From: the human T2T-CHM13v2.0 reference genome, Homo sapiens
Reading direction: 5' to 3' (one strand)
NCBI RefSeq assembly: GCF_009914755.1
Contig: NC_060931.1
Length of the DNA stretch: 64,000 nt
Position 1 is the stretch's first letter. Each line of letters opens with the position of its first letter. The notes beneath the pieces are model-generated. The model was given only the letters and a program-made list of their open reading frames with translations, was not told the origin of the DNA and did not search any database. A program made the translations under genes and the position numbers. This document shows, piece by piece, positions 13,817 to 29,699 of this stretch.

Positions 13817-14000
13817 GGAGTATATTACCAAATTGGTGATGTTGTTTCTGTGATTGATGAACAAGATGGAAAGCCCTACTATGCTCAAATCAGAGGTTTT
13901 ATCCAGGACCAGTATTGCGAGAAGAGTGCAGCACTGACGTGGCTCATTCCTACCCTCTCTAGCCCCAGAGACCAATTTGATCCCGCCTCCTATATCATAG
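13817..14000 (+). CDS. GATAD1: GATAD1 exon 4 (BAH-like domain)
   Basis: ccccag|GGA; GVYYQIGDVVSVIDEQDGKPYYAQIRGF...SYII; G|gtaag; 184 nt. Confidence 0.95.
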
Positions 14001-14066
14001 GTAAGTTTGACAAATGGCACAGGTTTTTTTTTAACTTAGTTAACTCTCCAATATTATGTAAAAGAG

Positions 14067-14452
14067 TGTGTTAGTCAGCTTGGGCTGTCAGGACAAAATA
14101 TCACAGACTGAGTGGCTTAAACAACAGAAAGTCACTTTCTCACAGTTGTGGAGGCTGAAGTCCAACATCAAGGTGCTGGCAACACGGATTTCTGGGGAGG
14201 CTTTTCTTCCTGGCATATAGATGGTCACCTTCTTGCTGTGTCCTCACATGGCCTTTCATGGAGTGAGAGCTCTTTGGTGTATCTTCTTATAAGGACACCA
14301 TTTCTGTCAGATGAGGGCCCCACCCTTATGGTTTCATTTAACCTTAATTGCCTCCCTAAAGGTCTCATCTCCAAGTACCATCACATTGGGGATTAGGGCT
14401 TCAACATATAAATTTGGAGGGTGGCGGGGGGGGATGCAATTCAGTCCATAAC
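14067..14452 (-). mobile_element. MLT1A-type MaLR solo LTR
   Basis: tgtgttagtcagcttgggctg...ggcttaaacaacagaaa...ttcagtccataaca. Confidence 0.75.
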
Positions 14453-15686
14453 AAAAAAAGCATGAGTATTATTAAGTACAAAAAAATTAGAGAGCTTTAT
14501 AGAAAATATGAGGCATTTTATGTAGCTGGAGTGTGAGTGCTATCAGTTATTTTGAGTTAGAGCAATGTGCATCTACTAAGAAGTGGTATGGATAAGATTT
14601 TTTTGGAGTGACCCAGGGTTAAACTGTACTACAAGAATGTATTGCTCAGGAACTAGGTTATTTAGGTTACTTATTTATACAAACCTATTCAAAAATAATT
14701 TAGGAAAGAACTATCCCAGTTATCCCATACTTGCAAATTCTCAATATGTGTGCCTCTGCATGCTACACATGTCATCTTAGGCCTTTATAGTATAAAGGCT
14801 GATAGTTGAAATGGCAGCTGCTGTGCTTTTGTTAATTTCAAAGCTGCCAAAACAGTTGTGAGATAGACTCACAAGAATTTACTGATTAATACAATTTTTA
14901 AAGTTTTCAGATTTTTACAGTTACTTCAGACTTTTTATCTTTCTGCAGTGAGCATGCATCATTACTTTTGCATCCTGAGAACAAGCATAAGTGTGTTTTT
15001 GGAGAGAACTCCAGGGACAAATAATATACCACTGTTATTCTCACCTATATGTCAAGTTTGATACATTACCAAACAATTCTAGCCTTCTGCTTATAAGTAT
15101 ATAGAATTTTTATTTACCTTATCTATGGATCAGGATCTCAGCAGAGGCAGTGATGTATCAGAATCACCTTCGGGATTCCTCTACTGCCTCCTCTTTCTAA
15201 TCCCCAGATTCTGATATGCATCCTTGTCCTACAGCGAGGCAGCATGGCATGAGGTCAGAACACCAGTTCTGGAGCCAGACTGTCTAGGTTCACAGCCTGC
15301 CATTTACCGGCCATGTGACTTTGGCAAGTTTCTTAGTCTCTCTTGCCTCACTTTCCTCATATGTAAAATGGGAATAATAATAGTGCCTACCTCAGAAGGT
15401 TGATGTGAGGAATGAAGGTATTGATACATGTAAACTTAGAGCAGTGTGGGTACAAAATAAACATGATGCAAGTGTTCAATCACTGTTTTTGGGAGAATGC
15501 CATATTCTTTAAGCCGTTAAAGAAGAAAAAATGATTAAGAATAATTTCAAAGTAATGCATGTTTCAAGGGCTAATGCCAGGTTGCTCCCAGAGTGGTCTC
15601 TCCCAGTGTCTAGAAATTTTAACATCTTATGAAAATGATATATATGGTCAAAAATGTATTTAACCTTTCCCTTGGCTGCCTTCCAG

Positions 15687-15877
15687 GGCCAGAGGAAGAT
15701 CTTCCAAGGAAGATGGAATACTTGGAATTTGTTTGTCATGCACCTTCTGAGTATTTCAAGTCACGGTCATCACCATTTCCCACAGTTCCCACCAGACCAG
15801 AGAAGGGCTACATATGGACTCATGTTGGGCCTACTCCTGCAATAACAATTAAGGAATCAGTTGCCAACCATTTGTAG
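15687..15877 (+). CDS. GATAD1: GATAD1 exon 5, coding part
   Basis: ttccag|GG; PEEDLPRKMEYLEF...ESVANHL, stop TAG; five exons total 810 nt = 269 aa + stop. Confidence 0.96.
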
Positions 15878-16169
15878 TTCACAAATTAAAACTGGGTTTC
15901 CAGGCCTGGTGTGGTGGCTCACGCCTGTAGCCCCAGCTATTGCACCACTGCTCTCCAAGCTGGGCAATGGAGTCAGATTCTCTTTCTTAAAAAACCACAA
16001 AAAAACTGGATTTCCAGTTCTCTAATATTCTTAGTACCACAAGATATGTCATAGGTATCTTTAAATGAAATTCTTAGCTGGAAAAGTGACTAAAAAGTTT
16101 TTCTCCTGCTACCTAGTAATAAACAAATCATTGTTTATTACTGGTCACTTAGAAAATTAAAAGGGATAG

Positions 16170-16862
<693 letters not shown>

Positions 16863-17165
16863 CTAGGCAAAAGCTGTAATTTCCAGAGAGACCATTAGGA
16901 ACAGGTAGTATCTATTTTTCTCCATTATTTATTTCTAGAAACTCATAAAATGGATTGTATTTTTCTATAAGAACAAAATATTAATTAAGGTATAGATGAC
17001 TGACCAAGGGCTTAATCAAATAAAATGACTAACAGCATCTATCATAAAGCCACACAAGCCTTATGTTCTCATCTCAAAAATGCTGTGACAGCTTTTTGGC
17101 TGCTTTAACCATAAGAAAAATGATTGGTGGATGATTTTATTAGCCCAGGCTTTTAAAAACTTTCA

Positions 17166-17478
<313 letters not shown>

Positions 17479-18219
17479 TTAATCCTTCTGTAGAAACAGG
17501 CATTCAGAACCATTCCATTGATCTTAATAAAGCTGCTCTTTACTGTTTCTAGTCAAAAATGAGACTTCGATCAAACCATAAGATTTTATACTGCAGATAG
17601 TCAGCTTCACCAAAGCCGCAGAGGAAACATGTCGAGATCAGGCTTCCTGCTTGATAGTCTCTTGACTACCATTAAAACGAATATTGGGAGGTCATGAAAG
17701 TCATTGGTAGGCCATTAGCATTGATATCTTTAAAACATCTACCCTAAACCATCTGCTATGGACCCATAATAAGAGGCCTGTTGTATATGAAATTGTCTAG
17801 AATTCAGGTGCAGGTCTTTGCCGGTTAAGTAAGGGAGCAACACGTAAAATGGGAGAGGAGTGGGGTGTACTCACTTGCCTCCTCTTTTGTCCTGATTTAA
17901 CCAGCATTTTTCAACCCTGGGAAAATTTGCAGAATCTAAGTTGATTGTAATGATTTTGAGCTGCAGCAGCTTTAACTCTTACCCTTTTTCCACATAGTTA
18001 TGGTGTTTGAGTTGGAAAGAAACAACTATAGGTAGCTACACGTACATAATTATCTCTTTATTCACAAAGGGTATAGTAAAATTGATTGTAAATAACTTTC
18101 TAAGTGCCAATATTCAAAACTTTTGGATTAAAATGTATTTTTCACCGTGCATTTACTTTGGATGTATTTATTTCATTTAAACAATTTAAATGGGGCTCTT
18201 TAACCAAAAATGGTATTTA

Positions 18220-18593
<374 letters not shown>

Positions 18594-19356
18594 TTAGGAA
18601 AATCAAAAAATGGCTAATAAAATGAACACAATGTAAAACATTTATTAAAATGTAGACTTTTAAAAATCTATAAATTGATCATCTGTTTATAAATTGGCAG
18701 ATGGTTGTGTACCATCTTTTAAAATAAAGATTGAATTTCACCCAGTGTGATGGTTCCCATTGCTTATATTTCTCCTGCTGAGGCCGGACCTGATATGGCC
18801 CTGGTCTGTGTTCCCAGCCTTGTTTCCTCATTACCACTAAAATCTTTCCCCTGTATGCCCGCCCAATTTTTCTGGCTCTGAGTCCTTGTTCATACTGTTC
18901 TCTCCAATTCTACCTTCCAAAGGCCTTTCTTAACACCTTCGGATTCTTTCTTTGAGAACTTTCCAGATTCCCATGCCTTTTTGGAATCAATCTCTATCCT
19001 ATTGTCATCACATTTAAGTTTCTACTTCCATCATCCTCACTCCTATCCCTTTGGTCCTGGGATGACAGGGATGCTGTGTTTTATTTACTCATCTTTGTAA
19101 CTTCCACATAACCTAACCCCGGTTCTTGCTTATGGGAGATGCTGATTGTAGGGTCTGAGTTAGATACTGTTAACTAAAATGCTTGTTGATATTTTAGTTA
19201 TTAATTCATATTAACTTTGGCTGAAACTTTTAAATTCTATTGTGAATAGTCAAGTAAAATTTAGATTGTTACATTCTGGGTTAGTATTAGATTGTTTTTA
19301 AGATTGTTTTAAACAAGATGTTTTTAAGATGAGTTTTAAATAGTTCTCTTAACACA

Positions 19357-19362
19357 AATAAA
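19357..19362 (+). terminator. Candidate distal polyadenylation signal of GATAD1
   Basis: AATAAA; other candidates near 16118, 17019, 18616 and 18723; usage cannot be determined from sequence. Confidence 0.4.
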
Positions 19363-21910
19363 GCTTAATATGAGTATTTGAAGGAAATTATCCCAAACCA
19401 TTCCAGTTCCTGGCTGTGAAAGGCTTTTCCAGGCCTAATAAGTTTTCCACTTCAGCCGTAAGTAGGTGAAATCAAATGAACAATAGAGGGAAATGTATTT
19501 ATTTGCTTTATACACATGCATGTGTGTTGTGTCTACATATAAACATTGCACACGCTTAGAATGAAGTTTCTGTCATGCCCAGAAAAGGGAGAGGCATTTT
19601 TGTGGATTTTGTCTGGCTGCCCTGGGGATGTTTGAAGAACTGTGCTGTTTACTTCATACCAGGTGTGTGAGCCATACCTTTGGTAGGAGGGTATACCTCC
19701 TACACCCAAGAAATATAAGCCAGGAGAAGGTCTGTGCCAAGAGAAGGAACCCAAATGACCCACAAGAGGTGGGCCATTAATTATTGGGTCAGATGCATAA
19801 ATGCACAGTAATTTATTTAAGCACCTCTTAATGGTGACCCACAAGGAAGATTGCTCGTAGTAGCGGAAAGGTTCACAATAAATAAGAGAAAAAAGCAGAA
19901 TGTAGAACTGTATGATAGCAATTCTGCAAACAAGAAGCATCTTTTATAAAAGATGGAAGGAGCCCAGGCACAGTAGCTCATGCCTGTAATCCCAGCACTT
20001 TAAGAGGCTGAGGTGGAGGATCACTTGAGCTGCAGTGACCCATGATTGTGCCACCACTCCAGCCTGGGTGATAGAAGTGAGACCTTCTCTCAAAAAAAAA
20101 AAAAAAAAAAAAAAGACGGAAATTCCTCCAGAATTTTAACATGTCAACAGAGGTTTTCTGCAGCTACTTTTTTCAGCTTTATACTTCGCAGTATTTTCCA
20201 AATTTTCTCTAACAAGCAGTATTTTCCAAATTTTTTACAATAAGCACACACACACACACACGTTTGTTTGCATAAGTGCCCAACTGGTGGTGAACAACCG
20301 CTGGCTTTTAGTCTATACATATCTAGAATATTTTATAAATAGTAGTTCTTAAACCCTTGAAAGGGAGTGAATGACCAGCTGAGAAAATAAAGTCAGTGAT
20401 TTCATTATTTTCCTATATTCACATCATGATTCTAGGAAAGAACTTGGGAGTGACTTCCTTCAGCTTCAGCCACTCCTGGGCCAGGCGCATGCTTAGCTCT
20501 GTGGTAAAGGTCACCAGCTTCTTCTGCAGGGTGCCTGTATCCTCTGAATTGGAGGTTTGGCGAGGGTAAGAGACTGATGTAGGTTCAAGTTTTTCTTTCC
20601 TGTCCTCCACTTGAAATCTGTCTTCCCTTCCAGACTGCCTGCGCTGCTGACTTAAGGCCCCAACACCAAACACAGAAGCAACAGCCTTACACAGAGTGTT
20701 CAGCAAGCTCCAACAATTGTGTAAGGTAAAGTTTCCTTTATAGATTCCTTTTCTATATCGCTCCTAGTGGTTCTGTTTCTCTGATCGAATTCTGGCTGAT
20801 AACAGTTGCTGAGACTCTGAAAGAGAAGGCAAGGAACTACTGTTTCTCATTATAAACTGTTTAGAATTATTTGGCCATCTTTTTGCTATGAATATGTAGT
20901 GCTTTGATACATTTTTTAAATCAAAAAGTAATGAAAGAGATCACATAGGGAAAGATAGATTGGATTATTTTTAAAGTTTATATACTAAATTGAAAAGCAA
21001 AGAATAAAATGGGAGAAACAGCTCCCTCATGTGGCTGTTGGCAGGAAGCTTCCATTCCTCTCTGTGGGCCTCCACAGGTTTGCTCACAGCAAATGGTCCG
21101 TGACAGAAAGACGCAAGGGCAGTTGCACCCAAGATGGAAGCCACCATCTTTTCTATAACCTAATCTGAAAGAAGGGACATACCAGCACTTCTGCCATATG
21201 CTGTTGGGTCACACAGACCAACTCTGGTACAGTGTGAACACAGGACCACACAAGGGCGTGAATTCCAAGGGCAGAGACCACTAGGGACCACCTCAGAGGC
21301 ACAGAGGGACACCCTATCCAGCTGGTGGCCAATGTAAATTAACATAGCTTTTTAGAATAGCAATATGTATCTATAATCTTAAAAGTATTAAAAGTACTTC
21401 TTGATCCAGTAATTTCATTTCTAAGAATCCATGCTAAGAGGATTTAAAATGTGGACCAAAAAATGGGTATAAAAAGAAGTTGTTAACAGTATTTAAAGTT
21501 GTGAAAAACCAGAAACAATCTAAAGGTCCAACAATAGGAAAATGAATTTTGATATTTTTCTAATAGAATTTTATGCTGTCATCAGAAATACCATTTACAA
21601 ATAATTTTTAATAACGCAAAAAAAAGTTTATAAAATGTTTAGTGTAAAACCTGGACACAACTACATAATGATTCTGATTTTGTAAAAAAAAAAAACAAAA
21701 ACACACACATATACACATGCATACATATGCATATAAAGAAAACTGGAACAAACAAAATAACAAGCATAGTTGGAATTACAGTCATTTTAATATTCTTTAT
21801 GCTTTTAAAAATTTTGAAGTTTGTATTACTAGCATCCACTACTTACGTAGTCAGGAAAAAAATACAACTTTAAAATAGATATTTAGGTCCAAAGATGGTA
21901 ATCTAAATGG

Positions 21911-22292
21911 TGTTACAGGCTGAATGTGTGCCTGATCCCCATGCCCCAAGTTCATATGTTAAAGCCCTGGCCCCCAAGGCAATGGTATTAGGGGAGTAGG
22001 GCCTTTGGGAGGTAATCAGATTTCTACGAGGTCATGAGGGTGGAGCCCGCATAGTGGAATTAGTGTCCTTTTAGGAAGAGGAGAACAGACCAAAGCCTTC
22101 CTTTCTCTCCTCACTATGTAAGAAGACAGCCAGAAGGTGGCCACAGCCAGGAAGAGAGCTCTCACCAGAACCCAAATCTGCTAGCACCTTGCTCTTGGGT
22201 TCTCAGCATCCAGAACTGTGAGAAATGAATGTGTGTTGTTTAAACCACTCAGGCTACGGTATTTTGTTGCAGCAGCCCAAGCTGACAGAGAT
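21911..22292 (+). mobile_element. MLT1A-type MaLR solo LTR
   Basis: tgttacaggctgaatgtgtg...gggcctttgggaggtaatcag...gcagcccaagctgac. Confidence 0.75.
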
Positions 22293-23345
22293 AGAAACAA
22301 CACAAGGACCCATCAGCAGACGAATGGATGATCAAAACGTGGTGAGGTCGTGCAGTGGGATATTATTCAGCCGTAGAAGGAATGAAATTCTGATACATGC
22401 TATAATGATGAACCTTGAAAACATGTTAATGGAAATAAGCCAAACTTAAAAGGACAAATATTGTATAATTCCACTTATATGAGTTAGTTACCTAGAATAG
22501 GCAAATTATGTCATAGATACAGAACATTAGAGGTTACCAGGGTTGTGGGAAGAGGGGTATTGTGGGTACAAATTTTCGGTTTGGAGTGATTTTGAAAAAA
22601 TTCTGGAAATGGGTAGTGACAGTAGTCAACATGATGAATGTACTTAATGACACTAAATTGTACACTTAAAAATGGTTAATACTGGGCTGGCGCAGTGGCT
22701 CATGGCTGTAAATCCCAGAACTTTGGGAGGCCAAGACAGGCGGATCATGAGGTCAGGAGATTGAGACCATTCTGGCTAACATGGTGAAACCCTGTCTCTA
22801 CTAAAAAATAAAAACAAATAAAAAAAAAATTAGCCGGGCATGGTGGCAGGCACCTGTAGTCCCAGCTACTCGGGAGGCTGAGGCAGGAGAATGGTGTGAC
22901 CTGGGAGTCGGAGCTTGCAGTGAGCTGAGATCGCGCCACTGCACTCCAGCCTGGGCAACAGAGCCAGATTCCGTCTCAAAAAAAAAAAAAAAAAGGTTGA
23001 TACCTGGGTGCGGTGGCTCATGCCTGTAATTTCAGCACTTTGGGAGGCCAAGGCAGGCAGATCAGTTGAGGTCAAGAGTTAAGGACCAGCCTGGCCAACG
23101 TGGCGAAACCCCATCTCTATTAAAAATACAAAAATTAGTCGAGTGTGGTGGTGGGTGCCTGTAGTCCCAGCTGCTGGGAGGATGAGGCCTAGGAATTGCT
23201 TGAACCCAGGAGGCAGAGGTTGCAGTGAGTTGAGATTGCGCCACTGCACTCCAGCCTGGGGGACAGAGCGAGACTTAGTCTCAAAAAAAAGGTTAAAATT
23301 GTAAGTTTTGTTATGCATATTTTACCATAATCTTTAAAAAATAGA
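22293..23345 (+). mobile_element. L1M 3' fragment interrupted by two Alus (~22684-22993 and ~23002-23290)
   Basis: L1 3' UTR motifs (aaggaatgaaattctgatacatgc, tacacttaaaaatggttaa) resume after the Alus. Confidence 0.75.
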
Positions 23346-24607
23346 TATATAGGAGATAAAGTCAACAGAATTTAATAACCAGTTGTAAATAGAGACTGAG
23401 TGAGGAGGATGAATTAAGGAAGACATTGAGTACAACTTTTTGGTAGGTGAAAAACTCTTAAAAAAATACGTGGGCAAAGATCCTACTTGATTCTTATAAT
23501 TTAAAAATCTCCCAGTTAGTAAACAAGGCTAGGTGGAGATTTGCATGTGATGTGAGGTGTGTGTTCTGTTTTGTAATGTGAGGACTGTGAGCCATCTCCT
23601 GGACTTGAATATCCATTAGATAATTGAAAATACGGATTTGAGAACTCAGGAGACGTGCAATGCAGTAACAAAACTCTGCACCTAGTTGATTTCTGTCTCC
23701 TAATTTAATGCTTTTATGGGACAAACTGTTAGGCAGGTGGGCAAGATGGACAGCCATATTTTTGTGGGTTTCTGGCCTGTGGGCCAGCCTCAGTGCTCAC
23801 TCTGAGGTCATGTCCAAACTTAGAACACATTCAGGCCTACCACAGTCAAGGCTCCCTTTCTCAACTCTAGTCCTCTGCACAAATATCCGAAGCCTAGAAA
23901 TAATAATCATCTGTCCTTGTGTCTTGCATTATGAAAGCCTAGGAAAGGGCCTTGGGAATTAAGAAGAATGGAAAAACTGGTCTAACTGCTGCATGCTTCA
24001 GCTTGCAGGGGAATCACTGAAATGGGGACAGGCCATAAAAGGACAACCAGAAGAGTGGCTTCAGCAAAGGCATCGTTTTTCAGAGCAAGCTAGAGAATCC
24101 TGCCAGCGTCCTCAGGCAGGGCCCCTGGGCACAGAGGTTAGGCAAGGGAGTGTCCCAGCATGTTGATGCCCTGAGCATCAGAATAATGCCATAGAGGAGC
24201 TTCCAAAGAGTTCATTTCAGGTTTTGTAAGCCGAACATTTCTAGGCAAATAAAATTTGATTTTGTGAATAAAGCTTGTTTCTTCAACTCCAGTGCAGATT
24301 CTCATAGATTGATAGTGGCTTGTGATCCAGATAAAGAAAACAATTTTTCAAAGATTCATATTCTTTGTAGATGTACGGATTTAGAGACCATCTAATCTAA
24401 CTCCCTCATTCTACAGATAGGAAAAATGAGGCCTAAAGAAGTTAAGAAAATACCATGGAAATGTCACTGCTGAACTGCCATACGTAGGATCCGAAAGAAA
24501 TTGGGTAAATGCTACTGTGAGAAATACAGTACTAGGTCCAAAGAATCTAATACAAATTAAAAATCTAAATGTTATTTCTAAAGCATCCCTGCACATGGCT
24601 GAACTTA

Positions 24608-25775
<1,168 letters not shown>

Positions 25776-26316
25776 AGCAGTTTTAGAATAAAGGGTGAAG
25801 GTGCTGTTGGGGAAATATAATTTAAAAAACAAAATCTTCTCTCAACCCAGAAATCCTCTCCATGAAGGCAGTAGAGAAAGATAAGCTTTATTATTGAATA
25901 AAAATTAAATGAGAATGTGATGCACATCACAGGCACTTTGCTAAGAGATCACAAAGACAGAAGGAAATTTCACCATTTTGTACAGCCAAGCAGGTACAGC
26001 CCATTACATGTATGTTTTCGAGATAAATAGTCCTCAACTAAGAGAACTTGACAGCACCACTGGTCACACAGTTCATTCTAACTTTACCTGATAATTGATG
26101 TGACCACTTGTGTTATCTAAGATATCAACTTTTCGGGGGTGGGGGAGTGTGGAAACAGGAGTTACTTTTATAGCTTGGTGCAAGGTACTCATTAAGATTA
26201 GGCTGTTACCCTCCCACAGAAACTGGAAGATAGGTATGCTATCTGGTAATGTTTACATTTCCCAGATCCTTGAGAAAGACATTCCTAGGTCATAAAGCTG
26301 ACAAAAGGCTGATTCA

Positions 26317-26642
<326 letters not shown>

Positions 26643-27285
26643 TTATATACATATATATATTTCAAAGAGACTGAGAAAGCACATACAAGTTTTCTCAAGT
26701 AATAACCTGACATGGAGGGGAGGAAAATTTCTTGCCTCATTTTCAACAGGTGGAATTAAACTTATTAAATTCATATTTATCTTTACAGTGCCCATCCTAA
26801 ATTTGGAAGAGGAAGGATGTGGGCCAACTTTTGGCTTAGGCCCTCATGTCAGGGCTTCTCTTAGTACATATGGTACCTTTCTGAGATTTTCAAACTGGCA
26901 GCCACTTTGGACTGATCAAGTCGCAAAGCTGAATTAATTGCTTACTATTGTAAGGGAGAGCTATGCCAGTCAGGCCCAGGCTCCCTTAGGAGAGCAGACT
27001 GCTGATCTTCTGTGGGGTTTTGGGGAAGCTGGAAGTTTAAGGACAGGAAGACTTTGAAAAGTATTAATAGGATGATGTCATCTGGGGTGGGGATTGATTT
27101 GGGCTGTAATAGAAGCCCTACTTGGAGAAGTGAACAAAGGGTTTAATCTGCTTCAGGCAGAAAAACACCTAGGAATAGGACATCCAGGGCAGGCATTTCA
27201 GCTCACTGATGCCTTCGAGGAACCAGGGCCCTTCTGTTTTCTTGCTCTACCATTAGTGGCCCATGCATTTGCACCCTCATGGTTG

Positions 27286-28021
<736 letters not shown>

Positions 28022-28079
28022 GTCCCCCATCTCAACAGGAAAACCTAAGTGCTGTTGGGGAGGTTGGCCGACGACCGCT

Positions 28080-29696
28080 CTAACTGCTTCCTGCTGAATT
28101 GGGGCGTAGTAGAGGTTGTGCAGCTGAGATTTCCTCAGGAGGGGTGCCTTTGATGTCATTAACATCAGATCGTGGGCTAGCAGGCCGGTCCAGGGGTCTG
28201 CGGTAGATCTTAGTCTTGGACTGCATCTTGGGCTCCATTTGTAGTTTTACAGCTTCGATTCTGGAAGAGACAAAGTTAACAAGGAGGTTAAAGATACAGG
28301 GTCCAAAGAGGAGTAGCAATATTATAGCTGCTAGAGGTCCTAAGAAGGGGAGAATCCAGGGCATCCATTGGCTGAGGAGGCCCCAGGGTCCAGTGTTTCG
28401 AAGCTCCTCTGCTCTACGTTGTATTCGATCTCGAATTTCTTTAACTTTCTCAGTGACGATTCCGGATTGATTAACATAATAACAGCATTCTTCCCCTAAA
28501 AATAAACAGGTTCCCCCTCTTTCAGCGGTTAGCAAGTCTAAAGCTCTTCGATTTTGAAGGACTACTGCTGCTAGGGAGTTAAGTTGATCTTGCAAGGTGA
28601 CCAGGGAGTCGGCGACCCGTTCCATGTCCCCATTTAGTTCTTGAGATAGTTTGTAGTAGAACTGAGTAGAGGTTGTGATACCGCCAATGCCAGTACCTAG
28701 TGCACCTAGCACTCCTGCTCCTATAACAAAAGGAAGAATGGGTACTCTTTTGTTGCGGGGCTTAGATATGACATAACTGTATAAATCTTGTTCAGTGTAG
28801 ATGGTCATAGGGGGCACTAAGAATGAGAGGAAGCACATAGATTCTGAAGAGCCATTCAAACAACGATAGGCTGAGGTACCACAGACAAAAAATATTCCTG
28901 AGGGTAGGCAGACTATTTGTGTGGGAGGAGTTACCCACCTGATGCATTGGGAGTTGGTTGTGTATGTAGTATTGCTAAATTTTACACAGGTGAGGTTTGA
29001 GGTATGGGTTATTTCCAGATTGGAAACAAGAGGTCCTACTAAAACGGAAGTGGTGTTTATTTCTGTGCTGAAGTTGTTCCATTGTTCAGGTACAGGGATT
29101 GAAACATATGGCCTGAAGTTCAGGGGGAGGCATATCCAACAGTTAGTAGGGTTTTGGGCCGAGACCTCATGGAGCCCAGTGAGGGTGGTATTAAATAGGC
29201 TTACCAGGCGAGTATGGGTACGGAGGGTTTCATGTAGTTTTGAGAGATCTAGTCCTTTGTAGGGGCTAGAGGTGCCATGTACCCGGGTGAGTTGGGAGAT
29301 TACTTCTTTTACATGTTTTTCTCTTGCCTGATCTTGAACTCCACCCCCATCAGACATACCAGTTTGGGTGAAGTAAGTCCAACAGACAGTGACTCCAAGT
29401 CCTCCAGGACAACTAGGATTAATCATTTTTCCTGTCCAATAATGAGTATTTGCATGCATGCAAAGAGTGGCAGAGTGATAGCAGTTGCGGGGCATATGGG
29501 TGTGGGCAGTGAAGGTGGGGGTTCCCTTAGAAAGACTCCTATACGATGGGGCATCAATATTTCCGGGACGCTGCATTCTCCATAGAAACTCTTGGTAAGG
29601 GGAGCTACTGGTCATACAGCGGCATGGAGGGGGTGCAGTGAGAGTGAAAGAGGGTAAAAGAACAGTAAAGAGAAAAATATGATAAGGGAGGGCCAT
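28080..29696 (-). CDS. ERVW-1: Syncytin-1 (HERV-W Env), 538 aa
   Basis: Intact ORF: signal peptide, CWIC (CxxC), RNKR furin site, fusion peptide VPILPFVIGAGVLGAL, ISD LQNRRALDLLTAERGGTCL, CX6CC, TM helix, cytoplasmic tail. Confidence 0.99.
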   Translation of the reverse strand: MALPYHIFLFTVLLPSFTLTAPPPCRCMTSSSPYQEFLWRMQRPGNIDAPSYRSLSKGTPTFTAHTHMPRNCYHSATLCMHANTHYWTGKMINPSCPGGLGVTVCWTYFTQTGMSDGGGVQDQAREKHVKEVISQLTRVHGTSSPYKGLDLSKLHETLRTHTRLVSLFNTTLTGLHEVSAQNPTNCWICLPLNFRPYVSIPVPEQWNNFSTEINTTSVLVGPLVSNLEITHTSNLTCVKFSNTTYTTNSQCIRWVTPPTQIVCLPSGIFFVCGTSAYRCLNGSSESMCFLSFLVPPMTIYTEQDLYSYVISKPRNKRVPILPFVIGAGVLGALGTGIGGITTSTQFYYKLSQELNGDMERVADSLVTLQDQLNSLAAVVLQNRRALDLLTAERGGTCLFLGEECCYYVNQSGIVTEKVKEIRDRIQRRAEELRNTGPWGLLSQWMPWILPFLGPLAAIILLLLFGPCIFNLLVNFVSSRIEAVKLQMEPKMQSKTKIYRRPLDRPASPRSDVNDIKGTPPEEISAAQPLLRPNSAGSS

Positions 29697-29699
29697 GGG

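Noticed and set aside
28216-29585. Antisense ORFs overlapping env
   Set aside because: Short shadow frames of a coding strand with no supporting motifs
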